Source: Squalus acanthias (taxonomy: Eukaryota). Taken from it: a stretch of DNA of 64,000 bases. The stretch lies in NCBI GenBank assembly GCA_030390025.1, contig JASTWF010000362.1, forward strand, positions 62,001-126,000. Direction: 5' to 3'. Position numbers and translations under genes: made by a program. The stretch's first letter is position 1. The number at the start of each line of letters is the position of its first letter. Below the pieces are notes generated by a model. That model was not told the origin of the DNA. It ran no database searches and saw only the letters and a list, made by a program, of their open reading frames with translations. Shown piece after piece: positions 1 to 12,385 of this stretch.

Positions 1-81
1 TTTTAAGACATGTCCGCAGATGTTTTGTTTTTTATGCATGATTTTTTTTTTTTGTGTGTGAACTCTCTTCCCGCCTTGTAG

Positions 82-144
82 GCGACACCTGATTTTCAGG
101 AGACCAGGCCTCGCAATTATGTACTGTCGGCCAGTGCATCTGCG
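82..144 (+). CDS. SH3GLB2: Endophilin B2 internal exon (ATPDFQETRPRNYVLSASASA); upstream exons lie outside the window
   Basis: cttgtag acceptor and gtaaga donor; 63 nt, phase 0-0; matches recalled human SH3GLB2 TVPDFQETRPRNYILSASASA. Confidence 0.95.
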
Positions 145-288
145 GTAAGACATCGGCAAAGCCTCAAAATTCAACATTTCCCATTTTGTTTTCTGCCTTT
201 CTCCCCCCTACATTGTATGCTATAAGGATTGGTGACCCTTTTTAACTCGGCCTCCTAATGTACCAAATTTCAAAACTGCGACCTGGGT

Positions 289-556
289 TTGGGTTGTCCA
301 CTCTGGTTGGGCGTATTCCTGGTGGTTTCATCAGATGACCTCCCAACGACCCTGCTCAGTCAAACGGCCCTTTTTAGTCCCCATTTCCAATACCTCGAGG
401 ACTATTAAACGAAAGAGCTCAAAGAAAATGGGGGCGGGGGGGGGGGAAGGAAACATTTCTATTAACGGCCCCCCTATGATTTTTCTCCCGGGTCTTGCCC
501 GCAGCAGTGACCAGGAGATTAATCTTCGATTCCTGGAGACTCCGGGGCAGCCTCGG
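289..556. mobile_element. Non-autonomous hAT-like MITE (AGGGTTGCCAAC-end family), degenerate
   Basis: Similar to the copies at 23837-24103 and 38934-39349 (ttcctggagactcc motif, gggttg end). Confidence 0.6.
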
Positions 557-819
557 TCAGGTCAACGCTTTGGTGGTCGTTCCAGACACATCCATAAAAG
601 GCAGAGCTGCCCAAGGTCTTTGTCCCCCTTTCTCTCCCGCTCTCCCCACGTCATACTATGCCCAGACAGATGGTTCTTGACTTGGCCATGAGAAGACTAT
701 CTTCCTTCCCACTTGTCCAAATAATGAATCATTAAACCCGCTAGTACTTGATTGGCAGGTTTCTGTACCACAGTTGGTAGAATAGAGTTGAGCTCGGGGA
801 CTGTGGCAGATAGATTTGT

Positions 820-970
820 ACTTAAACGAGTACATCAGCATAGAAGGATATGCTGATGGGGGTGAGATGAAGAGGGGTGGGAGGAGGCTCGTGTGGAGCA
901 TAAACGCCGGCATGGACTGGTTGGGCCGAATGGCCTGTTTCTGTGCTGGAGACTCGATGTAATTCTGTGT
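820..970 (+). mobile_element. CR1-type LINE 3' UTR fragment
   Basis: tagaaggatatgctgatggg...gggccgaatggcctgtttctgtgctg tail; the same sequence recurs at 18290-18725 and 54790-55035. Confidence 0.7.
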
Positions 971-1244
971 AACTTCGATGTACTTTTTTACATTACAAAA
1001 CCTCCAGGCTAAAGCAGGATCAACTCCTGGACGCCATAGCATTGATCAGATATTCTTTAACAGTAAAATGTAAAATCCACAGTGCAATATTTGCTGGATA
1101 ACTCCACCTAATAATAGACACTTTATTATTCCTGTTGCCTGATCTGTAACTTACTGAGTGTTTTGGAGGAAGTATAGATTTTAACCAGGACTAGTTTTAA
1201 GTATAAATCTGTCTGCCACAGTCCCTGAGCTCTGTCCAGTCTAA

Positions 1245-1570
1245 CTCTATTCTACAACAGTGATACAGAAAGGGACCTTTCTAGAGGTTGGTCTGGTGGG
1301 ACAGGGTGTTGATGCTGCGGTAGCGTGCACTGTTGGAACAGCACGTTGCGATGTTTCCACGCAGACGGGAGAGGCGCTGAGTGCAAGCAATTTGCCTTCC
1401 TCTGCATCCAGCAACTGGCTCCAAGAGAGCGATTTGTCAGGTGGCTGGGAGTCGATCCTGTGTCTGAACTCTCCACTGAATATGATGCATCGTGGCGAGG
1501 TCAGTGACTGCGTGGAGATCTGCTGTGCGCTGTCCCAACACTGCAATCCTCTGAAGTCCTTCCCTTACCA
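1245..1570 (-). mobile_element. Possible decayed Rex1/CR1-group LINE ORF2 C-terminus
   Basis: Minus-strand peptide fragments LQRIA... and RYRSINT... resemble LINE C-terminal LQRV.../RYRSI motifs; frames are broken. Confidence 0.35.
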
Positions 1571-2617
1571 TCAGTTACCAACTCTCTTTTTAAACTTGCC
1601 TCTATTCGAAGGTATCCCCCCCCCCCCCCCCATTTAAGCTCATTCAGTGGGAGATATTTCCACTTAGTTTTTTGTATCTGTTACGACAGATGAGCCCCAT
1701 TTTAATTCCCCACCATAGCTGACTAATTTGATGACGCAGTTGAAAGAGCCAGAGACGCAGGATGTAGAGGCTGCTGGCCTTTCTACCTCAATGGAGCCGC
1801 CAATGTCCGTGCTTTAAGGCTTGAGCTTGAGGGGCCGAATGGCCTACTCCTGTTCCTATCTTCCAATGACGTGTGAATGCCAATCCCGCGGATACAATCA
1901 TTCGCTCTCGATGCCAGTCAAAATCCTCCTCCTGAGGTCTGGGCATCTCCCTTGTACCCAAAGAGTAATTGTGAGTCTAATCTGATAAAAAAGCATCACC
2001 AATCCAATACCATATTTATTACATACCCTCTTCCTCCTTTGATGTGCTCAAAATGTTATTCATCCGCCTACAAGGTGGCCTTTCTCCAGCAAATTTACAT
2101 TTAAATGTAGTATGTTGTATTGAACGGAATTTCATACGGTGTGTCTTGGCGATTTAATGGTCTGGGATGCAGCACAAACCCGGGTGTGCAGGTCGGTGGT
2201 GATTTTGCACTTTGCTTCTCCAGCTTTAAGCTAATAAATAAAAGCTGCACTCGTCACTTCCTGCTCGGCAATGCAACGAGTATTGGAACCCGCTGCATTG
2301 CACCCAGTCGCCTTGTTCCTGAGTTCTTTTGAGAGGGTATGTAATAAGTGGCACTAATTGCCCCCTCCGGCATTCACCCTCTCCGATCTAGATTAATCTG
2401 CTACTAACCCATAATCATAAATGCCAATTCTGAAGAAAGTTGGATTTGTCTTGAGTCTGTGAGAAGAATCTCTCTTCTTTTTCCCCCCCTGTTGACGCTG
2501 AAGGAAAAGCATCCTGCATAATCGAGGGAGGCTTTTCAACAACTCGGCTCAGCGCAGTAATTCTTTACGATCCTTCACTTGAGTACAATTTCGAGGTTTC
2601 CCACACTTGCAGCCTTT

Positions 2618-3665
2618 ACAATAACTTGCATTTTTAGAACACCTTCAACGTAAGAAAAGGTCCCGAGGTGCTTCACAAGAGCATAATCAGACAAAGATAG
2701 ACACCAAGCCAAAGGAGGAGACATTAGGAAGGGTGACCTGGTTTAAAGGAGGGTCTTCTAGGTGATCAGGAAGGCCAATGGAATCTTGGCTTTTATTGCA
2801 AGGGGGATGGAGTATAAAAGCAGGGAAGTCTTGCTTCAGTTATACAAGGTACTGGTGAGGCCACACCTGGAATACTGCGTACAGTTTTGGTTTCCATATT
2901 TAAGAAAAGATATACTTGCTCTCGAGGCAGTTCAGAGAAGGTTCACTCGGTTGATTCCGGAGATGAGGGGGTTGACTTATGAGGAAAGGTTGAGTAGGTT
3001 GGGCCTCTACTCATTGGAATTCAGAAGAATGAGAGGCGATCTTATCGAAACATATAAGATTGTGAGGGGGCTTGATCGGGTGGAGGCGGGGAGGATGTTT
3101 CCACTGATGGGTGAGACTAGAACTAGGGGGCATAATCTTAGAATAAGGGGCTGCCGTTTCAAAACTGAGATGAGGAGAAACTTCTTCACTCAGAGGGTAG
3201 TAAATCTATGGAATTTGCTACCTCAGAGAGCTGTGGAAGCTGCGACATTAAATAAATTTAAAACGGAGATAGACAGTTTCCGAGCTGATAAGGGAATGAA
3301 GGGTTATGGGGAGCGGGCAGGGAAGTGGACGTGAGTCTAGGTTCGGATCAGCCATGATCCTATTGAATGGCGGAGCAGGCCCGAGGGGTCGTATGGCCGA
3401 CTCCTGCTCCTACTTCTTATGTTCTAGGAGGGGGGTGGTGGGGGGAGATGGAGTGGTTTAGGGAGCGAATTCCAGAGCTTCTGGCGTAGACGGTTGAAGG
3501 CACGGCTGCCAATGGTGGAGCGAAGCTAGTGGGAGATGGACAGGCCAGAATTGGAGGGCAGCAGAGATCTCGGAGGGTTGTGGGAGGTTACAGAGATAGG
3601 GAGGGGGGTGAGGCCACGGAGGGATTTGAACACAAGGATGAGAATTTCAAATTTGAGGCGTTGAA
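2618..3665 (-). mobile_element. L2-like LINE 3' fragment, split by the CR1 insertion at 2762-3425
   Basis: Sequence on both sides of the CR1 matches the L2-like 3' ends at 42730-43520 and 44905-45275. Confidence 0.7.
2762..3425 (+). mobile_element. CR1 LINE, 5'-truncated (ORF2 C-terminus plus 3' UTR)
   Basis: ORF 2762-3334 LVRPHLEYCVQFW...RRMRGDLIETYK...FFTQRVVNLWN; tail ctcctacttcttatgttct. Confidence 0.95.
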
Positions 3666-3769
3666 CTTGAGAATTGCGAGCGAGGTCGCACAGGGTTAAA
3701 AGGGCTTCTTCCTATCGGTGTTGGATCTTCCCAAGGTTTCACAAACGCCATCTGATAACTCTCTGTCAC

Positions 3770-4240
3770 AGCCGTGGCTCAGTGGGCAGCACTCTCTCGC
3801 GCCTCTGAGTCAGGAGGTTGTGGGTTCAAGTCCCCACTCCAGAGACTTGAGCACAAAAATCCAGGCCGACACTGCAGTGCAGTGCTGAGGGAGCTGCGGC
3901 ACTGTCGAAGGTGCCGTCTTTCAGATGAGACGCTAAACCGAGGCCCCGTCTGCTCTCTCAGGTAGGCGTAAAAAATCCCACGGCCACTATTTCGCAGAAG
4001 AGCAGGGGAGTTCTCCCCGGTGTCCTGGGGCCAATATTTATCCCTCAATCAACATCACTAAAACAGATGATCTGGTCATTATCACATTGCTGTTTGTGGG
4101 ATCTTGCTGTGCACAAATTGGCTGCTGCGTTTCCTACATTACAACAGTGACGGCACTTCAAAAGTACTTCATTGGCTGTAAAGCGCTTTGGGACGTCCTG
4201 AGGTCGTGAAAGGTGCTGTAGAAACGCAAGTCTTTTTATT
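3770..4240 (+). mobile_element. tRNA-derived SINE with Deu domain (SacSINE1/AmnSINE1-like), full length
   Basis: A-box gtggctcagtgg and B-box ggttcaagtcc; Deu core gaagagcaggggagttctccccggtgtcctgg...gctgtttgtggg; 3' end gaaaggtgctgtagaaacgcaag. Confidence 0.88.
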
Positions 4241-4936
4241 TATTGCTATAAGGCAGGTATTGTGGGGAAATCTTAGCCAACACTAGTAACACACTCTCTC
4301 TCAATCTGAGAAATGGGGAAATAAAGTACTAAAATCATACGCATCAATGTCTAAACCCACTTCAAAACCCAGGAAGGTATTTCCTCTGAGTGAGTGTTTT
4401 ATATTGTTTGATAATCGCTCCTGTGAAGCTCCTTGGGATGTTTTACATTATAGGCGCTGTATAAATGCAAGTTGTTGTTGTTGTAGATTACGCCATCCTG
4501 TCCAGCTATTTATATACACGTTCCACATAATTGCACCCTCCTATTGGTATAATTCCGGTGTTCCGTACTCACAGGATAAAATAATTGAGAGTTTATATTT
4601 AATTTTTGAAGCCATTTCTACCTAGAATTTTTGTACTTTTTGCTTCCTTTTTTTTAATGTAATACTCCAAAGACAAATTCAACTTGAAATTTTACTAAAC
4701 CAGTAACTGTCGAACCTTCATCTTATCTGAAGAAAAGAAAACGTATTGCAGAACTCTACACAGGACCTCCCACCCCCTCCTGTCGGGAGCATTTGTTTCT
4801 GTCTGATTAAACTCCTAAAAGTGGCTGGGAAATCCCAAATGGGATTATTTTAATGGCGATTCTTCAATTTCACCGATAGTTCTGTGTTCCCAATCCTCTC
4901 CCCCGGTTTGTTGCGTTCATTACTGCTCTCCATCTA

Positions 4937-5160
4937 AGGCCTGGAGCCTGGGACAGGGCATGGGCCTTGAGCCGGAGCCTGGGAAAGGGCCTGGGCCTTG
5001 GGCCTGGGGCCTTGAGCCGGAGCCTGACACAAAGCCTGGGCCTTGAGCCGGAACCTGGGACAAGGCCTGGAGCCTGGGACAGGGCCTGGGCCTTGGGTCG
5101 GAGCCTGGGACAGGCCTGGAGCCTGGAACAGGGCCTGGGGCCTTGAGCCGGAGCCTGGGA
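4937..5160. repeat. GC-rich minisatellite of ggcctggagcctgggacag-like units
   Basis: Tandem imperfect units visible in the sequence. Confidence 0.85.
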
Positions 5161-5511
5161 TTTCTCCACCACTACTGGTTTACAGCAGATATTTCTTTAA
5201 CACTAACCAGCTGTTGGGCATTTCTCTGTCACTGATCTCACTAACTTTTAAGCAGCACTGATTCATTCTAAAGCCAAGAGATACATTTTACCCCTTTCCT
5301 ATAGAGCTTCTGACTGTTGAGATTAGCTTTGAGTCTGCTTTGCTTTATACTTCTTTGGCTGAATCGATAATCCATTGGCTGTACCAATGGGCCATTAGGG
5401 CCTTATTCAGAGGTGCTGAGGTTCTAACTGATTGGAGCTGGGTTTGTGGCAGTAAAACCAAACTCTCTGCTCCACAGCTAATGGCATCATATTCGATCCA
5501 GTCCCCGGCGT

Positions 5512-5840
5512 AGGACAGAGAGTCAGGGCGGGGTGGGGGCTGAGGGCAGAGAGTCGGGGCGGGTGGGGGTGAGGGCAGAGAGTCGGGGCTGGGGGGGGGT
5601 GCGGGCAGGGAGTCGGGGCGGGTGGGGTGGGCTGCGGGCAGGGAGTCGGGGCGGGTGGGGGTGGGGTGCGGGCAGGGAGTCGGGGCGGGTGGGGGCTGAG
5701 GGCAGAGAGTCGGGGCGGGTTGGGGGGTGAGGGCAGAGAGTCGGGGCTGGTGGGGGTGGGGGTGCGGGCAGGGAGTCGGGGCGGGTGGGGGCTGAGGGCA
5801 GAGAGTCGGGGCGGGTGAGGGTGCGGGCAGGGAGTCGGGA
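5512..5840 (+). repeat. G-rich minisatellite, ~29-30 bp units (gggcagagagtcggggcgggtggggg...)
   Basis: About 11 tandem units with multiple G3+ runs. Confidence 0.9.
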
Positions 5841-6254
5841 GGAGGCCTACCCCAGGGGTGGGGGTTTCGGAGAGGACGGACCAAAACGAAGGGGAAATGT
5901 GACATTTTTCTAATTTCCCAGGAGAAAGACAGATGTTTCCCAGTTACAGCCGTGAGTGAGGCAGGGCGATGCAAGTGTAAGTTTGAATTTGTATGGCTGC
6001 TTGTGGGTGGGAAAGTGCCAATTATGTCTGATTCATAAGTTTTAAACGTTGTGCTGAATTCTGCACCACCAGAAGAAAGTCCCGCCTTGGGTCGGCCTCT
6101 GCTGATGTGTCGATGTTCAGCTTTTCTAACTCAACATCACCAGCTATTTCTGTATTTGGTTGGGGTTCCCCCTCTCCCTCTCCCCGCACCCTTCACCCTG
6201 CCCCATATAAACATCATCTCCCTTTCTCTGTCATGTTTGCCTATTTCTGGCTCT

Positions 6255-9200
6255 CTCTTCTATCCATCTCTCATTGTTTCAGTCTTTGTCTCTCTTTTAG
6301 TCTTTCTTTCTTCTCTCTCTCTCTCTCTTTCTCTTTCTCTGTTTTTACTTTCTTTCTCTTTCTGTCTGTGTCTCCCTCTCTCTGTCGCCATCTCTCTCAC
6401 TCTCTGTCACCGTCTCTCTCTCTCTCTCTCTGTCGCCGTCTCTCTCACGCTCTCTGTCACCGTCTCTCTCTCTCTGACTCTCTCTCACTCTCTCTCTCTC
6501 GCTCTCTCTCGCTCTCTCTCGCTCTGTGTCGCTCTCTCTCGCTCTGTGTCGCTCTCTCTCTCTGTCGCGCTCTCTCTCTCGGTCGCGCTCTCTCGGTCGC
6601 GCTCGCTCTCGCTCACTCGGTCGCGCTCGCTCTCGCTCTCGGTCGCGCGCGCTCTCGCTCTCGGTCGCGCGCTCTCTCGGTCGCGCGCGCTCTCGCTCTC
6701 TCGGTCGCGCGCGCTCTCGCTCTCTCGGTCGCGCGCGCTCTCGCTCTCTCGGTCGCGCGCGCTCTCGCTCTCCTCGGTCGCGCGCGCTCTCGCTCTCTCG
6801 GTCGCGCGCGCTCTCGCTCTCTCGGTCGCGCGCGCTCTCGCTCTCTCGGTCGCGCGCGCTCTCGCTCTCTCGGTCGCGCGCGCTCTCGCTCTCTCGGTCG
6901 CGCGCGCTCTCGCTCTCTCGGTCGCGCGCGCTCTCGCTCTCTCGGTCGCGCGCGCTCTCGCTCTCTCGGTCGCGCGCGCTCTCGCTCTCTCGGTCGCGCG
7001 CGCTCTCGCTCTCGCTCTCTCGGTCGCGCGCGCTCTCGCTCTCGCTCTCTCGGTCGCGCGCGCTCTCGCTCTCGCTCTCTCGGTCGCGCGCGCTCTCGCT
7101 CTCGCTCTCTCGGTCGCGCGCGCTCTCGCTCTCGCTCTCTCGGTCGCGCGCGCTCTCGCTCTCGCTCTCTCGGTCGCGCGCGCTCTCGCTCTCGCTCTCT
7201 CGGTCGCTCTCGCTCTCGCTCTCTCGGTCGCGCGCGCTCTCGCTCTCGCTCTCTCGGTCGCGCGCCTCTCGCTCTCGCTCTCTCGGTCGCGCGCGCTCTC
7301 GCTCTCGCTCTCTCGGTCGCGCGCGCTCTCGCTCTCGCTCTCTCGGTCGCGCGCGCTCTCGCTCTCGCTCTCTCGGTCGCTCTCGCTCTCGCTCTCTCGG
7401 TCGCGCGCGCTCTCGCTCTCGCTCTCTCGGTCGCGCGCGCTCTCGCTCTCGCTCTCGCTCTCTCGGTCGCGCGCGCTCTCGCTCTCGCTCTCGCTCTCTC
7501 GGTCGCGCGCGCTCTCGCTCTCGCTCTCGCTCTATCGGTCCGCGCGCGCTCTCGCTCTCGCTCTCGCTCTCTCGGTCGCGCGCGCTCTCGCTCTCGCTCT
7601 CGCTCTCTCGGTCGCGCGCGCTCTCGCTCGCGCTCTCGCTCTCTCGGTCGCGCGCGCTCTCGCTCTCGCTCTCTCGGTCGCGCGCGCTCTCGCTCCTCGC
7701 TCTCGCTCTCTCGGTCGCGCGCGCTCTCCGCTCTCGCTCTCGGCTCTCTCGGTCGCGCGCGCTCTCGCTCTCGCTCCTCCAGCTCTCTCGGTCGCGCCGC
7801 GCTCCTCGCTCTCGCTCTCGCTCTCTCGGTCGCGCGCGCTCTCGCTCTCGCTCTCGCTCTCGCTCTCACGAGTCGCGCGCGCTCCATCGCTCTCGCTCTC
7901 GCTCATCTCCGGTCGCGCTCAGCCTCTCGCTCTCGCGTCTCTCGGTCGCGCGCGCTCTCGCTCTCGCCCCTCGCTCCTCTCGGTCGCGCTCGCTCCTCGC
8001 TCTCGCTCTCTCGGTCGCGCGCGCTCCTCGCTCTCGCTCTCGCCTCTCTCGGTCTGCGCGCGCTCTCAGCTCTCGCTCTCGCTCTCTCGGTCGCGCGCGG
8101 CTATCGCTCTCGCTCTCTCGGTTTCGCGCGCGCTCTCGCTCTCTCTCTCTCGCTCTCTCGGGCCGCGCGCGCAGCTCGCTCTCGCTCATCGCTCTCTCGG
8201 TCGCGCTCGCTCTCGCTCTCTCTCTCTCGGTCGCGCGCGCGCTCTCGCTCTCGCTCTCGCTCTCTCGGTCGCGCGGCGCGCTCTCGCTCTCGCTCTCGCT
8301 CTCTCGGTCGCCGCGCGCTCTCGCTCTCGCTCTCTCGGTCGCGCGCGCTCTCGCTCTCGCTCTCGCTCTCTCGGTCGCGCGCGCTCTCGCTCTCGCTCTC
8401 GCTCTCTCGGTCGCGCGCGCTCTCGCTCTCGCTCTCGCTCTCGCTCTCTCGGTCGCGCGCGCTCTCGCTCTCGCTCTCTCGGTCGCGCGCGCTCTCGCTC
8501 TCGCTCTCTCGGTCGCGCGCGCTCTCGCTCTCGCTCTCTCGGTGGCGCGCGCTCTCGCTCTCTCTCTCTCGGTGGCGCGCGCTCTCGCTCTCGCTCTCTC
8601 GCTCTCGCGCGCGCTCTCGCTCTCGCTCTCTCGGTCGCGCGCGCTCTCGCTCTCTCTCTCTCGGTCGCGCGCGCTCTCGCTCTCGCTCTCTCGGTCGCTG
8701 CGCGCTCTCGCTCTCGCTCTCTCGGTCGCGCGCGCTCTCGCTCTCGCTCTCTCGGTCGCGCGCGCTCTCGCTCTCGCTCTCTCGGTCGCGCGCGCTCTCG
8801 CTCTCGCTCTCTCGGTCGCGCGCGCTCTCGCTCTCGCTCTCTCGGTCGCGCGCGCTCTCGCTCTCGCTCTCTCGGTCGCGCGCGCTCTCGCTCTCGCTCT
8901 CTCGGTCGCGCGCGCTCTCGCTCTCGCTCTCTCGGTCGCGCGCGCTCTCGCTCTCGCTCTCTCGGTCGCGCGCGCTCTCGCTCTCGCTCTCTCGGTCGCG
9001 CGCGCTCTCGCTCTCGCTCTCTCGGTCGCGCGCGCTCTCGCTCTCGCTCTCTCGGTCGCGCGCGCTCTCGCTCTCTCGGTCGCGCGCGCTCTCGCTCTCG
9101 CTCTCTCGGTCGCGCGCGCTCTCGCTCTCGCTCTCTCGGTCGCGCGCGCTCTCGCTCTCGCTCTCTCGGTCGCGCGCGCTCTCGCTCTCGCTCTCTCGGT

Positions 9201-9390
9201 CGCGCGCGCTCTCGCTCTCGCTCTCTCGCTCGCGCGCGCCCTCGCTCTCTCGCTCGCGCGCGCCCTCGCTCTCTCGCTCGCGCGCGCCCTCGCTCTCTCG
9301 CTCGCGCGCGCCCTCGCTCTCTCGCTCGCGCGCGCCCTCGCGCTCTCGCTCGCGCGTGCCCTCGCTCTCTCGCTCGCTCGCTGTCGCCTT
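6255..9390. repeat. (CT)n-derived CpG-rich minisatellite with 24/30/36-bp units (ctctcggtcgcgcgcg + [ctctcg]n)
   Basis: About 3.1 kb tandem array almost lacking A on the + strand; source of the spurious RS/LA long ORFs. Confidence 0.97.
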
Positions 9391-10789
9391 CTCTGCTTAT
9401 TGCCTTGATTTCTTTTCAATTAAAGCACTTTACAGCTGGATTAAAGCATTTAATTAAAAGTAGACTGGCTCGAACCAGGGTAAATGGACAAAGTTTGGGG
9501 AGCGTAATAAATCAGAATTAATCTTTGCTATACACCTGAGAAATCATCGTTCCAGGTCTGGTGGAAGGTTTTGGGGGAGTTTGATTGCAATAGAGTTGCT
9601 TAAGAAGGTAGTTAAAATGCTGCACTGTTGTGCATACCAGCCTGCAAACTAGTGGCCATTACCCACCGGAGGGGCAGCAATCTCTCTGCCCTGTTGGTAA
9701 CGTTCACTGGGCAGCGTGCATGGAGGTGTGGAGTCAGGAACTTTCAGGCTTTGCTCACAAAACTCGAGGAGTTGGAGATGACCGGATTTTCACTGATAGA
9801 ATCACTAGCGGGTGAACAGAATAGTATGTAATCAAAACAAGACTGTGAAGATCAATGCTTTATTTTTAAAAGAACACACACTTTTTGTCGAAGAATCTTC
9901 ACCTCTTGCATTGTTTAAACCAGCCCTTAGTCTATAGATGGGGGTTATGATCTCATGCCACCTCAGTGTATCGGAGGTGTGAATTGCACTCCTCGTTACA
10001 TGTTATTTTACATTGTACTGAGTTATCTGCTGAACTAGGAGTTGAGGAGATCTCGTTTTTAACTTCTCGTTCTGTGAGGAAGATATTTCCACTTTCTCTG
10101 ACAGGAGATCTTTCCATGCAGTGCTGTAACTTGCCATTTCTATTAACATTCCTGCAACTTTTCATACTTTTGCTGTTTAAGTATGAACTGAGTATTCAAC
10201 TGAAGCAGCGCGTCACTTTCCCAGGTTTAATGAGCGCGAATTCGACGAACCTGTTTTAAAACTCCTTTCCACCCTTCCCACTCAACTCGACAATCCTGCG
10301 AGCCCATACTCCCAGTGAGTAGGGGCATCCGAGCTGCGTTTGCGTTTGCTGCTGGTGAGCTCTGCAAGGTTTAGCTGGTTAAACTCCAGCCGCTCCCCCG
10401 CACGCACTTGAGGCTCTCTATGCCGTGCCCTGCCAACCTACACCTTGGCTTTCGAGACCTGGGTAAGTGGAGTGTGTCCATCTGGGGAGAGAGTGTGCAC
10501 CCCATATCAGGCAAGCAGAAACTCCACCTTATAGAATCTTGAGGTACAGAAGGAGACCATTCGGCCCATCGTGCCTGTGCTGGCTCTGTGAAAGAGCTCT
10601 CCAATTAGTCCCACTCCCCACCCTCTTGTGGAATCTTACAGCACAGGAGACCATTCGGCCCATCGTGCCTGTGCCGGCTCTGTGAAAGAGCTTTGTAAGA
10701 TATCTCGGCATCTTGCTTTGAGGCTCTTAAACATGGCGATGGGTTTCCATGGTGACATATCAGACCTGGCTAACAAAACACAATTGTTG

Positions 10790-11100
10790 TCATAGAATCA
10801 GATAAGTTTACGGCACAGAAGGAGGCCATTCGGCCCATTGAGTCTGTGCCGGCTGAAAAAGAGCTATCCGGCCTAATCCCACTTTCCAGCTCTTGGTCCG
10901 TAGCCCTGTAGGTTACGGCACTTCAAGTGCATATCCAAGTACTTTTTAAATGTGATGAGGGTTTCTGCCTCTACCACCCTTTCAGGCAGTGAGTTCCAGA
11001 CCCCCACCACCCTCTGGGTGAAAGAAGTTCTCCTCAACTCCCCTCTAATCCTTCTACCAATTACTTTAAATCTATGCCCCCTGGTTATTGACCTCTCTGC
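10790..11100 (-). mobile_element. CR1 LINE 3' end
   Basis: Near identical to the 3' end of the CR1 at 27818-28130. Confidence 0.9.
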
Positions 11101-11294
11101 TTATCTTATGACTCGGCAAGAATTTTTTAAATTATTATTGCCAGTGGTCAAGCAGAAACAATCTTTGGATTGAATGTTAAATCCATTCTGTTCCCGGAGG
11201 GGTTAAACCAGGACATTAAGAACAAAAACAAGCTTCAGTCTTTACTGGCAATTCAATTAATGAATGATTGGAAGGGAGACAGCTTTCCACTGTT

Positions 11295-11529
11295 AGTCTA
11301 TCATTCCAATTCACCAGTCTATCATTCCAATTCACCAGTCTATCATTCCAATTCACCAGTCTATCATTCCAATTCACCAGTCTATCATTCCAATTCACCA
11401 GTCTATCATTCCAATTCACCAGTCTATCATTCCAATTCACCAGTCTATCATTCCAATTCACCAGTCTATCATTCCAATTCACCAGTCTATCATTCCAATT
11501 CACCAGTCTATCATTCCAATTCACCAGTC
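11295..11529. repeat. Perfect 21-bp tandem repeat (agtctatcattccaattcacc), about 11 copies
   Basis: Directly visible in the sequence. Confidence 0.97.
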
Positions 11530-11599
11530 AATGTGAGAATGGATTGTGTCGATCATTCCATCCTAACCTGTGAATTGTAGTAAGTGCCACTGTTTATAA

Positions 11600-11858
11600 C
11601 TACACCACCAGCCCCAAGTTCCCCTCCAAGTCAGACACCATCGTGACTTGGAAATATATCGGCCGTTCCTTCACCGTCGCTGGGTCAAAATCCTGGAACT
11701 CCCTCCCTAACAGCACTGTGGGAGCACCTTCACCACACGGACTGCAGCGGTTCAAGAAGGCGGCTCACCGCCACCTTCTCGAGGGCAATTAGGGATGGGC
11801 AATAAATGCTGCTCTTGCCAGCGACGCCCACATCCTGTGAATGAATTTAAAAAAAACA
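11600..11858 (+). mobile_element. LINE 3' end, second CR1-group family (SKSWNSLPNSTVG...KKAAHRHLL)
   Basis: Same sequence at 31345-31775, 41195-41492 and 57230-57608. Confidence 0.8.
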
Positions 11859-12361
11859 TATAAAGTAAAAATCCGGACCTTTTGTGATCTGCAGGACTTG
11901 GTTCAATTGTAGTCGCTGTTAACTTGATTCATACTTCTATCAGTTCGCTCATACTTTCCTTGTGTCCCATGAAAACCCTTTACCCAAACTAACACTGGTT
12001 TGTTGGTACCTAAATCTTCTTTGCTGTTGTTAATCTGCTGTGAACTGTAGTCCTGGTTCAGCTCTGATCGAGCGGGTACGTCACCAGGGTTTGCTGTTTT
12101 CGCTCGGTTATTTTATGTGGTGTAAATTCTTAGGCGAGCTCTGTGAACCCGTACCAGACTCCCGGTGGCTACGATCCTGTTGTCCTCAGTATGAATATGT
12201 TTTCTGTTCTTCTCCTGTGAGTGTTCCGACTCCTGCATGTTTGTGTTTTGTGTTGTGTTATCACCGTGCTCTAATCATCACTCGCATTAAACGTCAGTAA
12301 CAATGAGCTCCTTCCAGTATCAAACACTCATCTCCTTTCTTGTTGCTGTGTGGATTTGCAG

Positions 12362-12385
12362 CTCTGGAGTGAGGAGGTGGCGAAA
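12362..12385 (+). CDS. SH3GLB2: Endophilin B2 24-nt microexon (LWSEEVAK)
   Basis: tttgcag acceptor and gtgagt donor; phase 0-0; corresponds to recalled human LWNDEVDK. Confidence 0.92.

Noticed and set aside
3770..3845. tRNA gene
   Set aside because: The A/B boxes are a SINE head that continues into the Deu domain; no full cloverleaf
6051..9521. 960-1156 aa ORFs resembling SR-rich proteins
   Set aside because: Open in several frames on both strands because the tandem array lacks stop codons; not a gene
10532..10692. Direct duplication of about 60 bp
   Set aside because: Two adjacent CR1 3'-tail fragments; ordinary for this genome
11170..11580. (YHSNSPV)n ORF resembling a heptad-repeat CTD
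   Set aside because: Perfect 21-bp DNA repeat with no synonymous variation and no splice context
12134..12216. Possible extra SH3GLB2 exon (ASSVNPYQTPGGYDPVVL...)
   Set aside because: Weak acceptor; the available donors give 55 or 83 nt (frameshifting); no recalled homolog
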